A stretch of 64,000 nt of DNA, taken from the IMG/VR virus record IMGVR_UViG_3300032053_000058, positions 4,476 to 68,475 of that record, one strand, 5' to 3'. Below, in pieces: positions 50,083-58,690 of the stretch; position 1 is the stretch's first letter; each line of letters starts with the position of its first letter. Origin of the DNA: a virus. Below the pieces are notes generated by a model. That model saw only the letters and a list, made by a program, of their open reading frames with translations, was not told where the DNA came from and did no database searches. Made by a program: the position numbers and the translations under genes.

Positions 50083-50140
50083 TAAAAGGCTAGTGGGAAG
50101 AAACTGGACCACTATGCCAGTTTCTTCCCACGAGCCTTTA
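50083..50140 (-). terminator. Long hairpin with U tail, terminator/attenuator
   Basis: 15-bp perfect stem GTGGGAAGAAACTGG/CCAGTTTCTTCCCAC (50093-50131), extended by AAAGGCT/AGCCTTT. Confidence 0.65.
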
Positions 50141-50232
50141 TGACCCGTTTCGGCCGGGTTTAATCCGGCAGCGTCATGGCAGTCTCCTCATACTGATGGT
50201 TGCATTTGCTTGATGCAGTCCTCAATACTACA

Positions 50233-50260
50233 ATCCTAGCACGAATTTGGCAGAAGTCAA
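50233..50260 (-). promoter_or_regulatory. Repeated early-type promoter
   Basis: TTGACT-TCTGCCAAATTCGTGC-TAGGAT on the minus strand. Confidence 0.85.
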
Positions 50261-50268
50261 ATCCATTT

Positions 50269-50979
50269 CTAGTATATTTCCCAGTGACGCCGCCGCTTCC
50301 GGTGCTTCTTTGATGAAACCGGCAACCACGCCGATGATACAAAGGTTGGTTGACGCTCGTACTCATGGACGTTTGGCGAAAAGCGGATTGTGACACCATC
50401 GCTAATTCTAGCGATATTGCAGAGGGAACCCGTACAAGCCTCAAGATGCTTCCAATCACTGGAATAGTACCAGTTGCCGTACTTGTCACGACCGATGCAA
50501 ATCTCGTTATCAAACGCTTGCAGATAAAGAAAATCTCCGTCAAACCATGTAAGTCCCCACCAACCGTCAATATCCACAAATGCCTTCTGGTAGTCGCCAT
50601 TTGCCTTGTTTAACGAATCCAACAGATATTCTGAGGTCACTTCGTAGTTGGATCGTAGCGGAGGCGTTACACATCCGTTGTGACTTCCGATGATGCGGCC
50701 GAATCGAAACGGGTGGGCGTTGCGGAAAGTAATACCGCCGCTTGTCGCACGGCGCGTATGCCCGGCGATAAACCAACCCTTGCGACAAGACACAGTAATA
50801 AACTCCGCGAAGTCCTTATCACTCAGGCAGGTCAGAGGATCATTTGCGCGTTTGACACAATGCCCGGAGCCGTTGAAAAATCCAAGCGAATCCGTCCCGC
50901 GTGCCCTATTGGCAAGGGCGAGCGCGCGGATGGTTCCAGGATTTAGATTCTGGCCGATTGCTCCGAAAAGTCCACACAA
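50269..50979 (-). CDS. Class II (Ntn) glutamine amidotransferase
   Basis: N-terminal (M)CGLFG, RG.DS.G, GHTR.AT.G....NAHPF, HNG. Confidence 0.9.
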   Translation of the reverse strand: MCGLFGAIGQNLNPGTIRALALANRARGTDSLGFFNGSGHCVKRANDPLTCLSDKDFAEFITVSCRKGWFIAGHTRRATSGGITFRNAHPFRFGRIIGSHNGCVTPPLRSNYEVTSEYLLDSLNKANGDYQKAFVDIDGWWGLTWFDGDFLYLQAFDNEICIGRDKYGNWYYSSDWKHLEACTGSLCNIARISDGVTIRFSPNVHEYERQPTFVSSAWLPVSSKKHRKRRRHWEIY

Positions 50980-51012
50980 GGTAATATCCTCTATGGTTTC
51001 AAGGTATAGTTT

Positions 51013-51525
51013 CTAGGTATTCCAGTAAGCCAACACCACGCACCATAAAACGTGTTTGACTGTCCTCATGCTGCAACCAACAATTTTGGCTATTTTTGGC
51101 ACACGCCCGTATCGGACACCGTTCTTCAAGAAACGTTTATTCAGTCGCATAACTTGCAAAACTTGTTTCTTTGTTACTTTTGCCCAATGGTGCTTTTCTC
51201 CAACAACGGTTCGACCGTCTGCATCCCGATCAATTGCGTTGCGTTTATCGTCACCGGGGTAAAGGTGTTTCGGATTGACACAACCAGGATTCTTGCACGT
51301 ATGACAAGTAAGCATCCCGGTTGTTCCGTGTCCAAGAAAACAGGCAATCCGATGCGCCCTATACCAACTGGCATTGCCGAAGTGTGGGTGAAAAATACCG
51401 TAACCATCTTTATCGTGAGCGCCGCGCCACTCCCAACAATCATTGCGGCCCTGCTTTTTGACACGAACCCAAAAATTGTCAACATCCGTTTGCGCCAATC
51501 GAATAACTTTTGTCACACGCCCCAT
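51013..51525 (-). CDS. HNH endonuclease with C-terminal HTH
   Basis: FW..V.K....CWEW.GA....GYG.F, AHR, CH.C.NP.CVNP.HL..G...N..D. Confidence 0.9.
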   Translation of the reverse strand: MGRVTKVIRLAQTDVDNFWVRVKKQGRNDCWEWRGAHDKDGYGIFHPHFGNASWYRAHRIACFLGHGTTGMLTCHTCKNPGCVNPKHLYPGDDKRNAIDRDADGRTVVGEKHHWAKVTKKQVLQVMRLNKRFLKNGVRYGRVPKIAKIVGCSMRTVKHVLWCVVLAYWNT

Positions 51526-51527
51526 GC

Positions 51528-51950
51528 TTATAACACCTTCTGGTAAACAGCGACTTGATTGCCACTTTCCGAGTTGAAAAACCTTGCCGTCAATGTGTAA
51601 CCCTGCCCACGGAAAAGTTCCTCACTCGCCTCATTGCCGCCACGAATCGTACACTGTGCAATCTTTGCGCCGTGTTGCAGGGCTTTCGCTTCGGCATCCC
51701 GAAGAAGCCCCTTGGCAATCCCGTGGCGACGAACATTCGAGCCAACAGACAAATGGCTGATTTCGCACTGATACCATTGTACTTTCGTCACGGCAACAAC
51801 GCCTAAGACGAGCGAATTGTCCATGCGAACGTCCATGCGGACAAGGTAACGATCCTGATGTTCAAGGATCATTTCCGGCGTGTAGGAAATTGCAAGTTGA
51901 TTCTGCTTATTGAGCAGTGCGGCAATTTGTTCGGCAGTTCGATGCAACAT
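51528..51950 (-). CDS. GNAT acetyltransferase
   Basis: EI.HL.V....RRHGIAK.LL, N.AS..LF...GY; GGAGG RBS. Confidence 0.85.
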   Translation of the reverse strand: MLHRTAEQIAALLNKQNQLAISYTPEMILEHQDRYLVRMDVRMDNSLVLGVVAVTKVQWYQCEISHLSVGSNVRRHGIAKGLLRDAEAKALQHGAKIAQCTIRGGNEASEELFRGQGYTLTARFFNSESGNQVAVYQKVL

Positions 51951-51970
51951 TAGTCTGTCCCTCCAACTCA

Positions 51971-51998
51971 ATCATACCACGAGATTCGCAGAAGTCAA
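51971..51998 (-). promoter_or_regulatory. Repeated early-type promoter (leftward of the divergent pair)
   Basis: TTGACT-TCTGCGAATCTCGTGG-TATGAT. Confidence 0.85.
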
Positions 51999-52006
51999 AC
52001 AAGAGG

Positions 52007-52075
52007 CAAAGATTCCGGTTGTCGGGGTCCGGCCATCCACACCGCCTGACCGGACCCCGACAACTGGAATCTTTG
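52007..52075. repeat. 26-bp inverted repeat (1 mismatch) between divergent promoters
   Basis: CAAAGATTCCGGTTGTCGGGGTCCGG (52007-52032) / CCGGACCCCGACAACTGGAATCTTTG (52050-52075). Confidence 0.92.
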
Positions 52076-52083
52076 GACCCCAC

Positions 52084-52111
52084 TTGACTTCTGCAAACCA
52101 CATGGTAGTAT
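52084..52111 (+). promoter_or_regulatory. Repeated early-type promoter, leaderless (ATG 52117)
   Basis: TTGACT-16-TAGTAT-TGAAT-ATG. Confidence 0.85.
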
Positions 52112-52116
52112 TGAAT

Positions 52117-52485
52117 ATGAGCATTACAGTACCACGACTCGCTAAGGGTAAAGGTTACAAGGGGCCAGAGTTTTACGGGTGTTTCAATACCGGTATGGCC
52201 CCGTCAATCTTTCATTCACGCACAGGCAAATACGTGGTGGGGCCACAATTGCGTTGCCATGACGCTATGCGAGAAGGCTTGACCTTCTCCAAGAAGCGCG
52301 TACACGGAACGGGCAACCAACGGGTGTGGATTTTCAAGGGCCGCAAGGCCGCCGTCGCCAAGTTTATAGGATTGTGTGAAATGGCGGAAGCGGTCAACCG
52401 TGACATTGCCTCACAGCATACCGAAACCCGCCGCAAGGCCGCTACGGGTGACTTCGCCGCTATGTTAGCTTTAGGTGACTTCTAA
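52117..52485 (+). CDS. Hypothetical early protein
   Basis: Leaderless start at promoter. Confidence 0.65.
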   Translation: MSITVPRLAKGKGYKGPEFYGCFNTGMAPSIFHSRTGKYVVGPQLRCHDAMREGLTFSKKRVHGTGNQRVWIFKGRKAAVAKFIGLCEMAEAVNRDIASQHTETRRKAATGDFAAMLALGDF

Positions 52486-52498
52486 CTGAAAGGGACCA

Positions 52499-52798
52499 AT
52501 GAAAGAATTGACCGAACGATGGGCCTTTACCGACCGTGAACTGAGCAACCCGGCCGCCTGTTGCGGTTTCGATGAACTGATCGCCGACGTGCCCTTCGAG
52601 GATTTGGGCGTCCTTGTCCAGCGCAATGGCAACGTGACGAACCGATGGGTAGACGGGACGGTCGGGATTCCCGCCGATATTGCCGAATTGGCTGTTGCGT
52701 GCGAATCCCTCTATAACTCCCGAACCAATGAATTGGCCGAAGAGTGGCGCGATGTCGTCACGAATCCCGCCGGTGAGTTCCTGCGCTTCAAGGAGTGA
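52499..52798 (+). CDS. Acidic hypothetical early protein
   Basis: AAGGGA RBS. Confidence 0.6.
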   Translation: MKELTERWAFTDRELSNPAACCGFDELIADVPFEDLGVLVQRNGNVTNRWVDGTVGIPADIAELAVACESLYNSRTNELAEEWRDVVTNPAGEFLRFKE

Positions 52799-52800
52799 GC

Positions 52801-52920
52801 ATGTGCAACAAGTGCCCGATTTGTGGCAGTGAAGAGTGGTACGAAAACCGTAGTGACGGTTTCGTATGGCGGGAGTGTGATACTTGCGGACACAAGATTG
52901 TTGTCAAGAATCCAACTTGA
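52801..52920 (+). CDS. 39-aa zinc-ribbon peptide
   Basis: MCNKCPICGS...ECDTCGH; AGGAG RBS; stop lies inside the next -35. Confidence 0.6.
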   Translation: MCNKCPICGSEEWYENRSDGFVWRECDTCGHKIVVKNPT

Positions 52921-52944
52921 CTTCTCCGAAACACATAGTAGAGT
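52917..52944 (+). promoter_or_regulatory. Repeated early-type promoter, leaderless (ATG 52950)
   Basis: TTGACT-TCTCCGAAACACATAG-TAGAGT-TGAGT-ATG. Confidence 0.82.
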
Positions 52945-52949
52945 TGAGT

Positions 52950-53207
52950 ATGACACACAACGAAGAACTAGCCGCCGCCGTGGGAGCAAGTCGCTTGCGG
53001 CTACGCAAGCGTTTCATGGAAGCAAAGTCGGTTATGTCCCGTGGACTGAGCCGACTTTTCAAGGGCGCAAGACTCGACTTCGAGAACAAGCGTTTCATCG
53101 GGCAAGGGTACGCCCTGCAATGGGCACTTCGTCGCTGGCCTGACCGCCCGGAAAGTTACGAAAACCAACAAACCAACCGGGGCGACGTATCATTGGTGCA
53201 ACTATGA
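52950..53207 (+). CDS. Hypothetical early protein
   Basis: Leaderless start; ATGA-coupled downstream. Confidence 0.6.
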   Translation: MTHNEELAAAVGASRLRLRKRFMEAKSVMSRGLSRLFKGARLDFENKRFIGQGYALQWALRRWPDRPESYENQQTNRGDVSLVQL

Positions 53208-53587
53208 ACAAGTACACTGCCAAACCAGCAAATTACAAAGACGAGTTGACCGCTTACTACAACGATGTAGAAGAGGCAATCATCGTCATATTTGGCACTT
53301 TCGAGAAGGCCGCCGAGTGGTTTGACACACACGCAACCGCGCTCAATTCCTTATTCGCCTACTGCGAAGAGAAGTACAAGACCGGATGGAGCGCCAGCCG
53401 GGCCGCCAACGAGTGGTATCGCTTGAACATTGCCACCACGCCCATCGTACCCATCGTGAAAAGTCCGATTGGACCGGTAAAGACTTACACCACCTACTAC
53501 AAAGCCAAACCGGAAATCGAACCGGAAGTAATGGCCGCCCGCGCTGCACGCGCGGCCATTTGGGAAAATGCCTATCTACCAACATGA
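53204..53587 (+). CDS. Early protein, local paralog family member 1
   Basis: Similar to 53584..53832 and 58721..59056. Confidence 0.65.
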   Translation: MNKYTAKPANYKDELTAYYNDVEEAIIVIFGTFEKAAEWFDTHATALNSLFAYCEEKYKTGWSASRAANEWYRLNIATTPIVPIVKSPIGPVKTYTTYYKAKPEIEPEVMAARAARAAIWENAYLPT

Positions 53588-53832
53588 ATCGCACAATCTT
53601 CAAGACCACTTTAATCGGCATGTTCGGCTCTCTCAGTCGAATGACGCAATTCTTTGCACAACACCCCAGTTATGCGGGGCAAGCATGGAGTATTGCCGAC
53701 AATGCGGAAGATGCCCGTGCCGCCGCTTCTGAGTGGTTTCGCTACCGAGTAATGCCACAACTTGCCGATGATTCCCGGACCCGCCGGGCGCGCCGACCGC
53801 CGACCCGGCAGAAATCCTTCTTCGACGCTTGA
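53584..53832 (+). CDS. Early protein, local paralog family member 2
   Basis: LIGMFGS...FFAQH...AASEWFR resembles IIVIFGT...WFDTH...AANEWYR. Confidence 0.6.
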   Translation: MNRTIFKTTLIGMFGSLSRMTQFFAQHPSYAGQAWSIADNAEDARAAASEWFRYRVMPQLADDSRTRRARRPPTRQKSFFDA

Positions 53833-53839
53833 CTTTCAT

Positions 53840-53867
53840 TTGACTTCTCTGAATTGCAAACTATGAT
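53840..53867 (+). promoter_or_regulatory. Repeated early-type promoter, leadered (AGGAG, ATG 53884)
   Basis: TTGACT-16-TATGAT. Confidence 0.8.
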
Positions 53868-53883
53868 TAAGTAGGAGAACACA

Positions 53884-54192
53884 ATGAAGATCAACGGTAC
53901 GAAGTACGATACAATGTTCCACGGTATGCAAGCCGTGGTGAAACACCTGGGCGGTCCTGTTGCCGTCAAAGCCACATTTGAAGCGCTCACAGAGCGCCGG
54001 ATGTTATGGGATTTATGGCACACCGTTGACAAAGACTTGCGTTATGATGACGCGCATCCGAATTTCCAATCCGGCGGGTGGATTCGGGTAATCCCACAGA
54101 ATCCGACCTTTGACGTATTTTCGGACGGCGTGAATGACGCACACATCGAAACCACCTTACGGCGCATCGGCCAAGAACTGGGCATTATATGA
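53884..54192 (+). CDS. Hypothetical early protein
   Basis: R..WDL...ND.HI.T.LR.I pattern; strong RBS. Confidence 0.65.
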   Translation: MKINGTKYDTMFHGMQAVVKHLGGPVAVKATFEALTERRMLWDLWHTVDKDLRYDDAHPNFQSGGWIRVIPQNPTFDVFSDGVNDAHIETTLRRIGQELGII

Positions 54193-54455
54193 CACACATA
54201 CTCGCACTACTTCGCAAACCGTCCGGCCGTGGTTATCTCCGCTGTTGGACTGGATTCTTGTTTGACACGATTGTCCAGTCAGAAGTCGAGCAATTCATGC
54301 TTGAAGTACATCAGCGCGATTACTTCTTGACGGACCCGGACGAGTTGAAAAGGAACGACGTGGGAAACCTTCTGTACAATGGACTTTGGGTAATGGAAAC
54401 GCCCGTGCGCGTGCGGACCCGAGGGGTGCATACCACTTTCACAATCAAAATTTGA
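54189..54455 (+). CDS. Hypothetical early protein
   Basis: ATGA-coupled; stop lies inside the next -35. Confidence 0.55.
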   Translation: MTHILALLRKPSGRGYLRCWTGFLFDTIVQSEVEQFMLEVHQRDYFLTDPDELKRNDVGNLLYNGLWVMETPVRVRTRGVHTTFTIKI

Positions 54456-54479
54456 CTTCTGCCAAATCTGTGCTAGGAT
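54452..54479 (+). promoter_or_regulatory. Repeated early-type promoter, leaderless (ATG 54486)
   Basis: TTGACT-TCTGCCAAATCTGTGC-TAGGAT-TGTAGT-ATG. Confidence 0.85.
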
Positions 54480-54485
54480 TGTAGT

Positions 54486-54851
54486 ATGAGAACCATGAAA
54501 CAAATCATCCGCGCTTGCACTGATACCGGCAACGGTCCCCGTTACAAGGAAATCACGGGCTACGTTCACCCGGCCCTTCCAGGATTGGCCGTGGCCCGCG
54601 CCTGTTTCACAAGTGATTCGGGTTGGATTCTGTCACATACAGGTACGGGCCTGCGTTGTGGCACAATGAAGGATAAGCGGGAAGCTATCCTCGTCTTGGA
54701 GCAGTTAATCCCCGCTGGTATCGACTGGACCCTTGACCGTGACAACCTCTTGCGGGCTTATCCCCGCTTGCACCTACGGCAAACGGTTGAGAAGGCAATC
54801 GAAGCCGCGCGGCTTGGACGACCCCGGCAGAAATTCCTTTTCCCCGCTTGA
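54486..54851 (+). CDS. Hypothetical early protein
   Basis: Single-gene cassette between two promoter copies; W.LSH..TGL. Confidence 0.65.
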   Translation: MRTMKQIIRACTDTGNGPRYKEITGYVHPALPGLAVARACFTSDSGWILSHTGTGLRCGTMKDKREAILVLEQLIPAGIDWTLDRDNLLRAYPRLHLRQTVEKAIEAARLGRPRQKFLFPA

Positions 54852-54875
54852 CTTCTCCGAAACACATGGTATGCT
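54848..54875 (+). promoter_or_regulatory. Repeated early-type promoter with CA-rich leader (ATG 54909)
   Basis: TTGACT-TCTCCGAAACACATGG-TATGCT. Confidence 0.85.
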
Positions 54876-54908
54876 TGAATAGGTTCAACAACACAACAAG
54901 AGCAACAA

Positions 54909-55259
54909 ATGACCAACATCCGAATCAGTAACCGCGAAGATTGCATCAAGTTTCTCGCCGGTGCCCGTAGCAAGGCCAATGGCCGCCCGATTGCAAAGAA
55001 CCTCCGCGTTTTCCAGCGGGGCGACGATTACGCCGTCCAGTATCACTGGACCGACATTGTGACGTTCCACGCGAACGGCGACGTGACCCTCCGCAACGGC
55101 AGCTACCGAACGTCAAGTACGAAGGGCAACATCAATTCCTTCGCGCCGGTTTCGGTTTGGCAGAAGCGGCACAACTGGTACATCGTCCTTGACGGGCGGG
55201 AAATCCCCTTCCGTGAAGGTATGCGAATCGACCCTACAACGTCGCGTATCGTCAATTAG
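54909..55259 (+). CDS. Hypothetical phage early protein
   Basis: YH.TDIV.....V.L..G.Y.T..TK..IN....V.Q....WY......F..GM. Confidence 0.7.
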   Translation: MTNIRISNREDCIKFLAGARSKANGRPIAKNLRVFQRGDDYAVQYHWTDIVTFHANGDVTLRNGSYRTSSTKGNINSFAPVSVWQKRHNWYIVLDGREIPFREGMRIDPTTSRIVN

Positions 55260-55272
55260 CCGCCCGGCCCCT

Positions 55273-55315
55273 GGCCGCGCCCGCTACCCTCCTGGCGGGC
55301 GCGGCCCCTCTTCTT
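55273..55315 (+). terminator. GC-rich hairpin with pyrimidine tail
   Basis: GGCCGCGCCCGCTA / TGGCGGGCGCGGCC followed by CCTCTTCTT. Confidence 0.55.
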
Positions 55316-55701
55316 GGAGCGAACAAGAGCAAACATGAGAATGAACACGCATAGCAAAGCCGTCAGTCTGGGCTTTCCCTACATCGCCGCTGACAGGCAC
55401 GAAAGCCCCGACCGTCTAGTCTGGTTTAGTCACTTCTGCAAGACGGCTGACCGTTCGGACCCTGGCATTTTCATCGGGTGGAATCAAGCGTTCCATTGCT
55501 GGGTGGTAGAACAACCGAAATGAGTGAAGAGGCCCCGGCCGGGTTTGCTCCCCGGCCGGGGCTGATGGACAACGATTGAAGGCGCAGGTTCAACGTCCTG
55601 CCGGATGCAACCCTGACAGCGGCCTACCCTGCCGTCAGTGGGCTTGGAAAGGCGGAAGCCCCAACAAAGACATTCGTGGTGTAAGGTGCATATCAATCTT
55701 T

Positions 55702-55775
55702 ACGTGCCAATGTTCCAAGGCTAGGCGAACGAGACTCCAAATCCCGTTGGCAGGGTTCGATTCCCTGGGTGCGTG
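55702..55775 (+). tRNA. tRNA-Trp (CCA), atypical D arm, CCA end not encoded
   Basis: Acceptor ACGTGCC/GGTGCGT, anticodon loop CTCCAAA, T arm CAGGG-TTCGATT-CCCTG. Confidence 0.72.
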
Positions 55776-55776
55776 C

Positions 55777-55804
55777 TTGACTTCTCGAAATCACATGGTA
55801 GAGT
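55777..55804 (+). promoter_or_regulatory. Repeated early-type promoter, leaderless (ATG 55810)
   Basis: TTGACT-16-TAGAGT-TGAAT-ATG. Confidence 0.82.
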
Positions 55805-55809
55805 TGAAT

Positions 55810-56241
55810 ATGAAAACAGAAAAGGGAAAGATCGTCAAAAGTGGCATGGGCGGATTCTTGAATCCACCTACCCACCCGGAACACGATTGGAGCGTCCAGA
55901 CTGGCCTACGCCGCCGCCCTGAGAATCGCGGTAGCATGTACCTAAGTAGCGCAGTCGAGTGCGAATGGCTTGACCCCGCCACGCGGGCGGCTGCTAAGCA
56001 ACGGCTTAGCAGTTGGCAGCGCCCACCCCTCGAATCCGTGCGTGAATGGGTCTTGCAGGTACTCGGCTACTTCCGCAATTGCTACAACCTGACCGGGACC
56101 GACGATTGGAGTGTGGGTAGGTTGACCATCGCCGACGCCGACCCGATGCTTAACGCCGACAACCACGCCGGGGTGCATTTGATCCGCAAATACTACCCGG
56201 AATACACGCCCACGGCCGATGATTTCGGCGGGGCCTACTGA
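55810..56241 (+). CDS. Hypothetical early protein
   Basis: Leaderless start MKTEKGK. Confidence 0.65.
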   Translation: MKTEKGKIVKSGMGGFLNPPTHPEHDWSVQTGLRRRPENRGSMYLSSAVECEWLDPATRAAAKQRLSSWQRPPLESVREWVLQVLGYFRNCYNLTGTDDWSVGRLTIADADPMLNADNHAGVHLIRKYYPEYTPTADDFGGAY

Positions 56242-56252
56242 GGGAGCAAACC

Positions 56253-56663
56253 ATGACTTGTATTCGTTGTGCCCGCTGCAATCTGCCCGTCAAGGTTGAC
56301 GGGGAAATCGGCAAGTTACGCCTTGCCAATCCTGGCAACCACGATTCGACGGGACCAACTGAAACCGCCGTATGCCCCGGTTCGGAGCAACTAGGTATTG
56401 TGGAACACTCCATTTGGGTGCGCGTGGGGGACGCCGGGGCGTATGAATCTTTTGACTCCCTAACCGACGCCCTCGACTACCTGAATGAGTTGAATGTCGG
56501 CAAGGTAACAGGGTGGCGCGCTCTTGGATTCGACACTCCCAACTTCTGGGGACAAGACTACATCAGCATTTACCACGGCACCGCCGACGCCGACGCGCTA
56601 GGCGAGTTGACCGCCGACGAAAAGGCCACCCTCGAATCAGGGCTTATCGAGATTTTCGCTTGA
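56253..56663 (+). CDS. Hypothetical early protein with Zn-binding-like N-terminus
   Basis: GGGAG RBS; CARC...H...CPGS. Confidence 0.6.
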   Translation: MTCIRCARCNLPVKVDGEIGKLRLANPGNHDSTGPTETAVCPGSEQLGIVEHSIWVRVGDAGAYESFDSLTDALDYLNELNVGKVTGWRALGFDTPNFWGQDYISIYHGTADADALGELTADEKATLESGLIEIFA

Positions 56664-56687
56664 CTTCTCCGAAACACATGGTAGGGT
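56660..56687 (+). promoter_or_regulatory. Repeated early-type promoter, leaderless (ATG 56693)
   Basis: TTGACT-TCTCCGAAACACATGG-TAGGGT-TGAGT-ATG. Confidence 0.82.
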
Positions 56688-56692
56688 TGAGT

Positions 56693-56878
56693 ATGAACAA
56701 GCCAAGCAAACAAGAAGTCGTCGATGCCCTGGAAATCCTCTTGAAGTGGGCCACGGGTGGCGACAAGCACAGTAACCCCTATTGCTATCCAGCCGTCAAG
56801 CACGCCTTGAAAGTGCTGGCCCGCGAACGGGGTATAACCGATTGGCTTGACGTGGAACTGCGAAACCTACCAATCTAA
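56693..56878 (+). CDS. Small hypothetical early protein
   Basis: Leaderless start MNKPSK. Confidence 0.6.
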   Translation: MNKPSKQEVVDALEILLKWATGGDKHSNPYCYPAVKHALKVLARERGITDWLDVELRNLPI

Positions 56879-56889
56879 GGGAGCAAACA

Positions 56890-57231
56890 ATGGCGTACAT
56901 CTATCAGGCCGATGTGTGGTGTGATGATTGCGGTAAGGCAATCTGTGAGCAATTACAGAAGGCTGGCCTTGCCCCCGCGAATCCCGCCGACGAACACACT
57001 TTTGACAGCGACGAATATCCCAAGCGCGCGGGCGACGATGATGAATCTGATTCGCCGCAACACTGCGCCGCCGGGGAGGATTGCCTTAACGCAATCGTGT
57101 TGCCCGGTGGCAATGTAGGTTTCCTGTTTGGCGAGTTGACCGCCGTGGGCGTCGAATACGTCAAGGAGGCCATTGCCGAGGGCGGTGAGGTTGCCGACTT
57201 GTGGAAGGAACACTATGCCGACTACCTATAA
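56890..57231 (+). CDS. Acidic Cys-containing early protein
   Basis: GGGAG RBS; Y.AD.WC..C, DS..YP, ESD.PQHC, LT..GV.YV.E. Confidence 0.7.
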   Translation: MAYIYQADVWCDDCGKAICEQLQKAGLAPANPADEHTFDSDEYPKRAGDDDESDSPQHCAAGEDCLNAIVLPGGNVGFLFGELTAVGVEYVKEAIAEGGEVADLWKEHYADYL

Positions 57232-58030
57232 TCGGACAACGGACCCGGCGGCCCGCAAAGCGCTGGCCGCCGACTTGCGTGAAATCCGTCACTACTACGC
57301 CAGAAGGGCTATTGGTTTTGCAAGGCCGTCCTGGGGAACTTCTACACGGGGCTTGCGTGCAAGCCGTGGGATGGGAACATGACGACAAAATGGCTTCTAT
57401 CCAAGACTCTTTTCGGAAACGATCCGATGCCCCAACACTTTGTTGCCAGCGACGGGGCACACTACTTTGGAATCCTCCAATCAATTGAACGTGAGGATGG
57501 AAGCGGGCAATCTTTCAATGTCCGCATTGCCAACCAAAGTGGTAACACCACCTTTCACGTCAAGACTGAGGATTGAACAATGAACCATCGTTTCAAGTCG
57601 AGTTTACTCGAAGCATCGAAGAGGATTTGCCACCCACGCAAATTAACTTCCCGGACCTAGCCGAGTGGTTGGAACGCTGCCACCGGACTGTCAAGAGGGC
57701 AAGGAAGGGGGCACGTATGATACAGGCAAGCCGACAAGCAGCAACTATCGGCACAACCTTGTGCGGGCCGTCAAAGCTTGCTTCCGGTGGGCAGAAGATG
57801 AAATGAGAAACCACTTACAATGATTATCGGGGTCACTTCCACCATGCCTAAAATCAACCAAGATACTGCCCTTCAAGCCATTTATGCCCTTCTGGACATA
57901 CTTGACGGACAACAGGATCACGACCTAGAATACAATACCGGCTTGCCGTCCGCCCGATGTGCGGAAATCGCGGACCTCCGATCCCGCCTCGTGGTCGAAT
58001 ACGGAAGCGGGTGGTTGAATCGAATTTGAT

Positions 58031-58058
58031 TTGACTTCTGCCAATCTTGTGCTATGCT
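58031..58058 (+). promoter_or_regulatory. Repeated early-type promoter, leadered (ATG 58078)
   Basis: TTGACT-16-TATGCT. Confidence 0.82.
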
Positions 58059-58077
58059 TGAATAGAAAGGGAACAAC

Positions 58078-58344
58078 ATGAACAAGTTGCACAACAACCA
58101 CGAAATCGCTAAACGGCATACCAAGCCGCTGAACCAGAAGTGCGTGGAACTGGTCTACGTTCGGATCTGCCGACCCGTCGCCCGCCCCACCACCTTGCAC
58201 GCCGGAAGAGCGTCACTGTTAGTTGTCGGTAACGGGCGTATCGTTGACGACTCACGGTTCCCGGTCGATGTGTGCGAAAACCGCGACGTATGGATTCATC
58301 CGCGTAGTAAACCCCCTTATCGTCTTGCAGGGTACGCAACGTGA
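58078..58344 (+). CDS. Hypothetical early protein
   Basis: AAGGGA RBS after promoter. Confidence 0.55.
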   Translation: MNKLHNNHEIAKRHTKPLNQKCVELVYVRICRPVARPTTLHAGRASLLVVGNGRIVDDSRFPVDVCENRDVWIHPRSKPPYRLAGYAT

Positions 58345-58489
58345 CCACAAGCAAGCGAATCGTCCGAAACCTAGCAACCGCCATGACCTGGCTTGACCGT
58401 GAGGTTAAGCCGTGGGATGATTTGCCCGCCGCCGATGTTCGGAAGTTGCGGGAAGCCCTCACCGTGGTCAACAAACTCTTGGAGAAGAA

Positions 58490-58690
58490 ATGAGCGATCC
58501 GATTGTCCGCCCCGTGACCGACCAGCGTTGTGTTTTCCAAACGGGCCTTGATCTCGTTGGCCGCCCGGTGCGTTGCATACGCAAGGCTACCTTGTCGCTT
58601 GACGGCAAGCCGCTCTGTGACTACCACGCCGAACTCGCAATGGCCGCCGCTTGCGGCCGGAATGTCAAAATCGAGCGCAACCTGACTTGA
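58490..58690 (+). CDS. Small Cys/His early protein
   Basis: GGAG RBS; RC...RC..KAT....G..LC.YH; stop lies inside the next -35. Confidence 0.6.
   Translation: MSDPIVRPVTDQRCVFQTGLDLVGRPVRCIRKATLSLDGKPLCDYHAELAMAAACGRNVKIERNLT

Noticed and set aside
48338-50143. Long + strand ORFs (235 aa, 305 aa)
   Set aside because: Antisense shadows of RBS-supported minus-strand genes.
50142-50180. Hammerhead ribozyme on the minus strand (ATGACGCT-GCCGG..CCGGC-CGAAAC)
   Set aside because: The core deviates from CUGANGA at two conserved positions and stems I/III are not evident; kept only as a generic structured leader.
55575-55612. Additional tRNA around GCAGG-TTCAACGT-CCTGC
   Set aside because: No acceptor or anticodon arms could be built.
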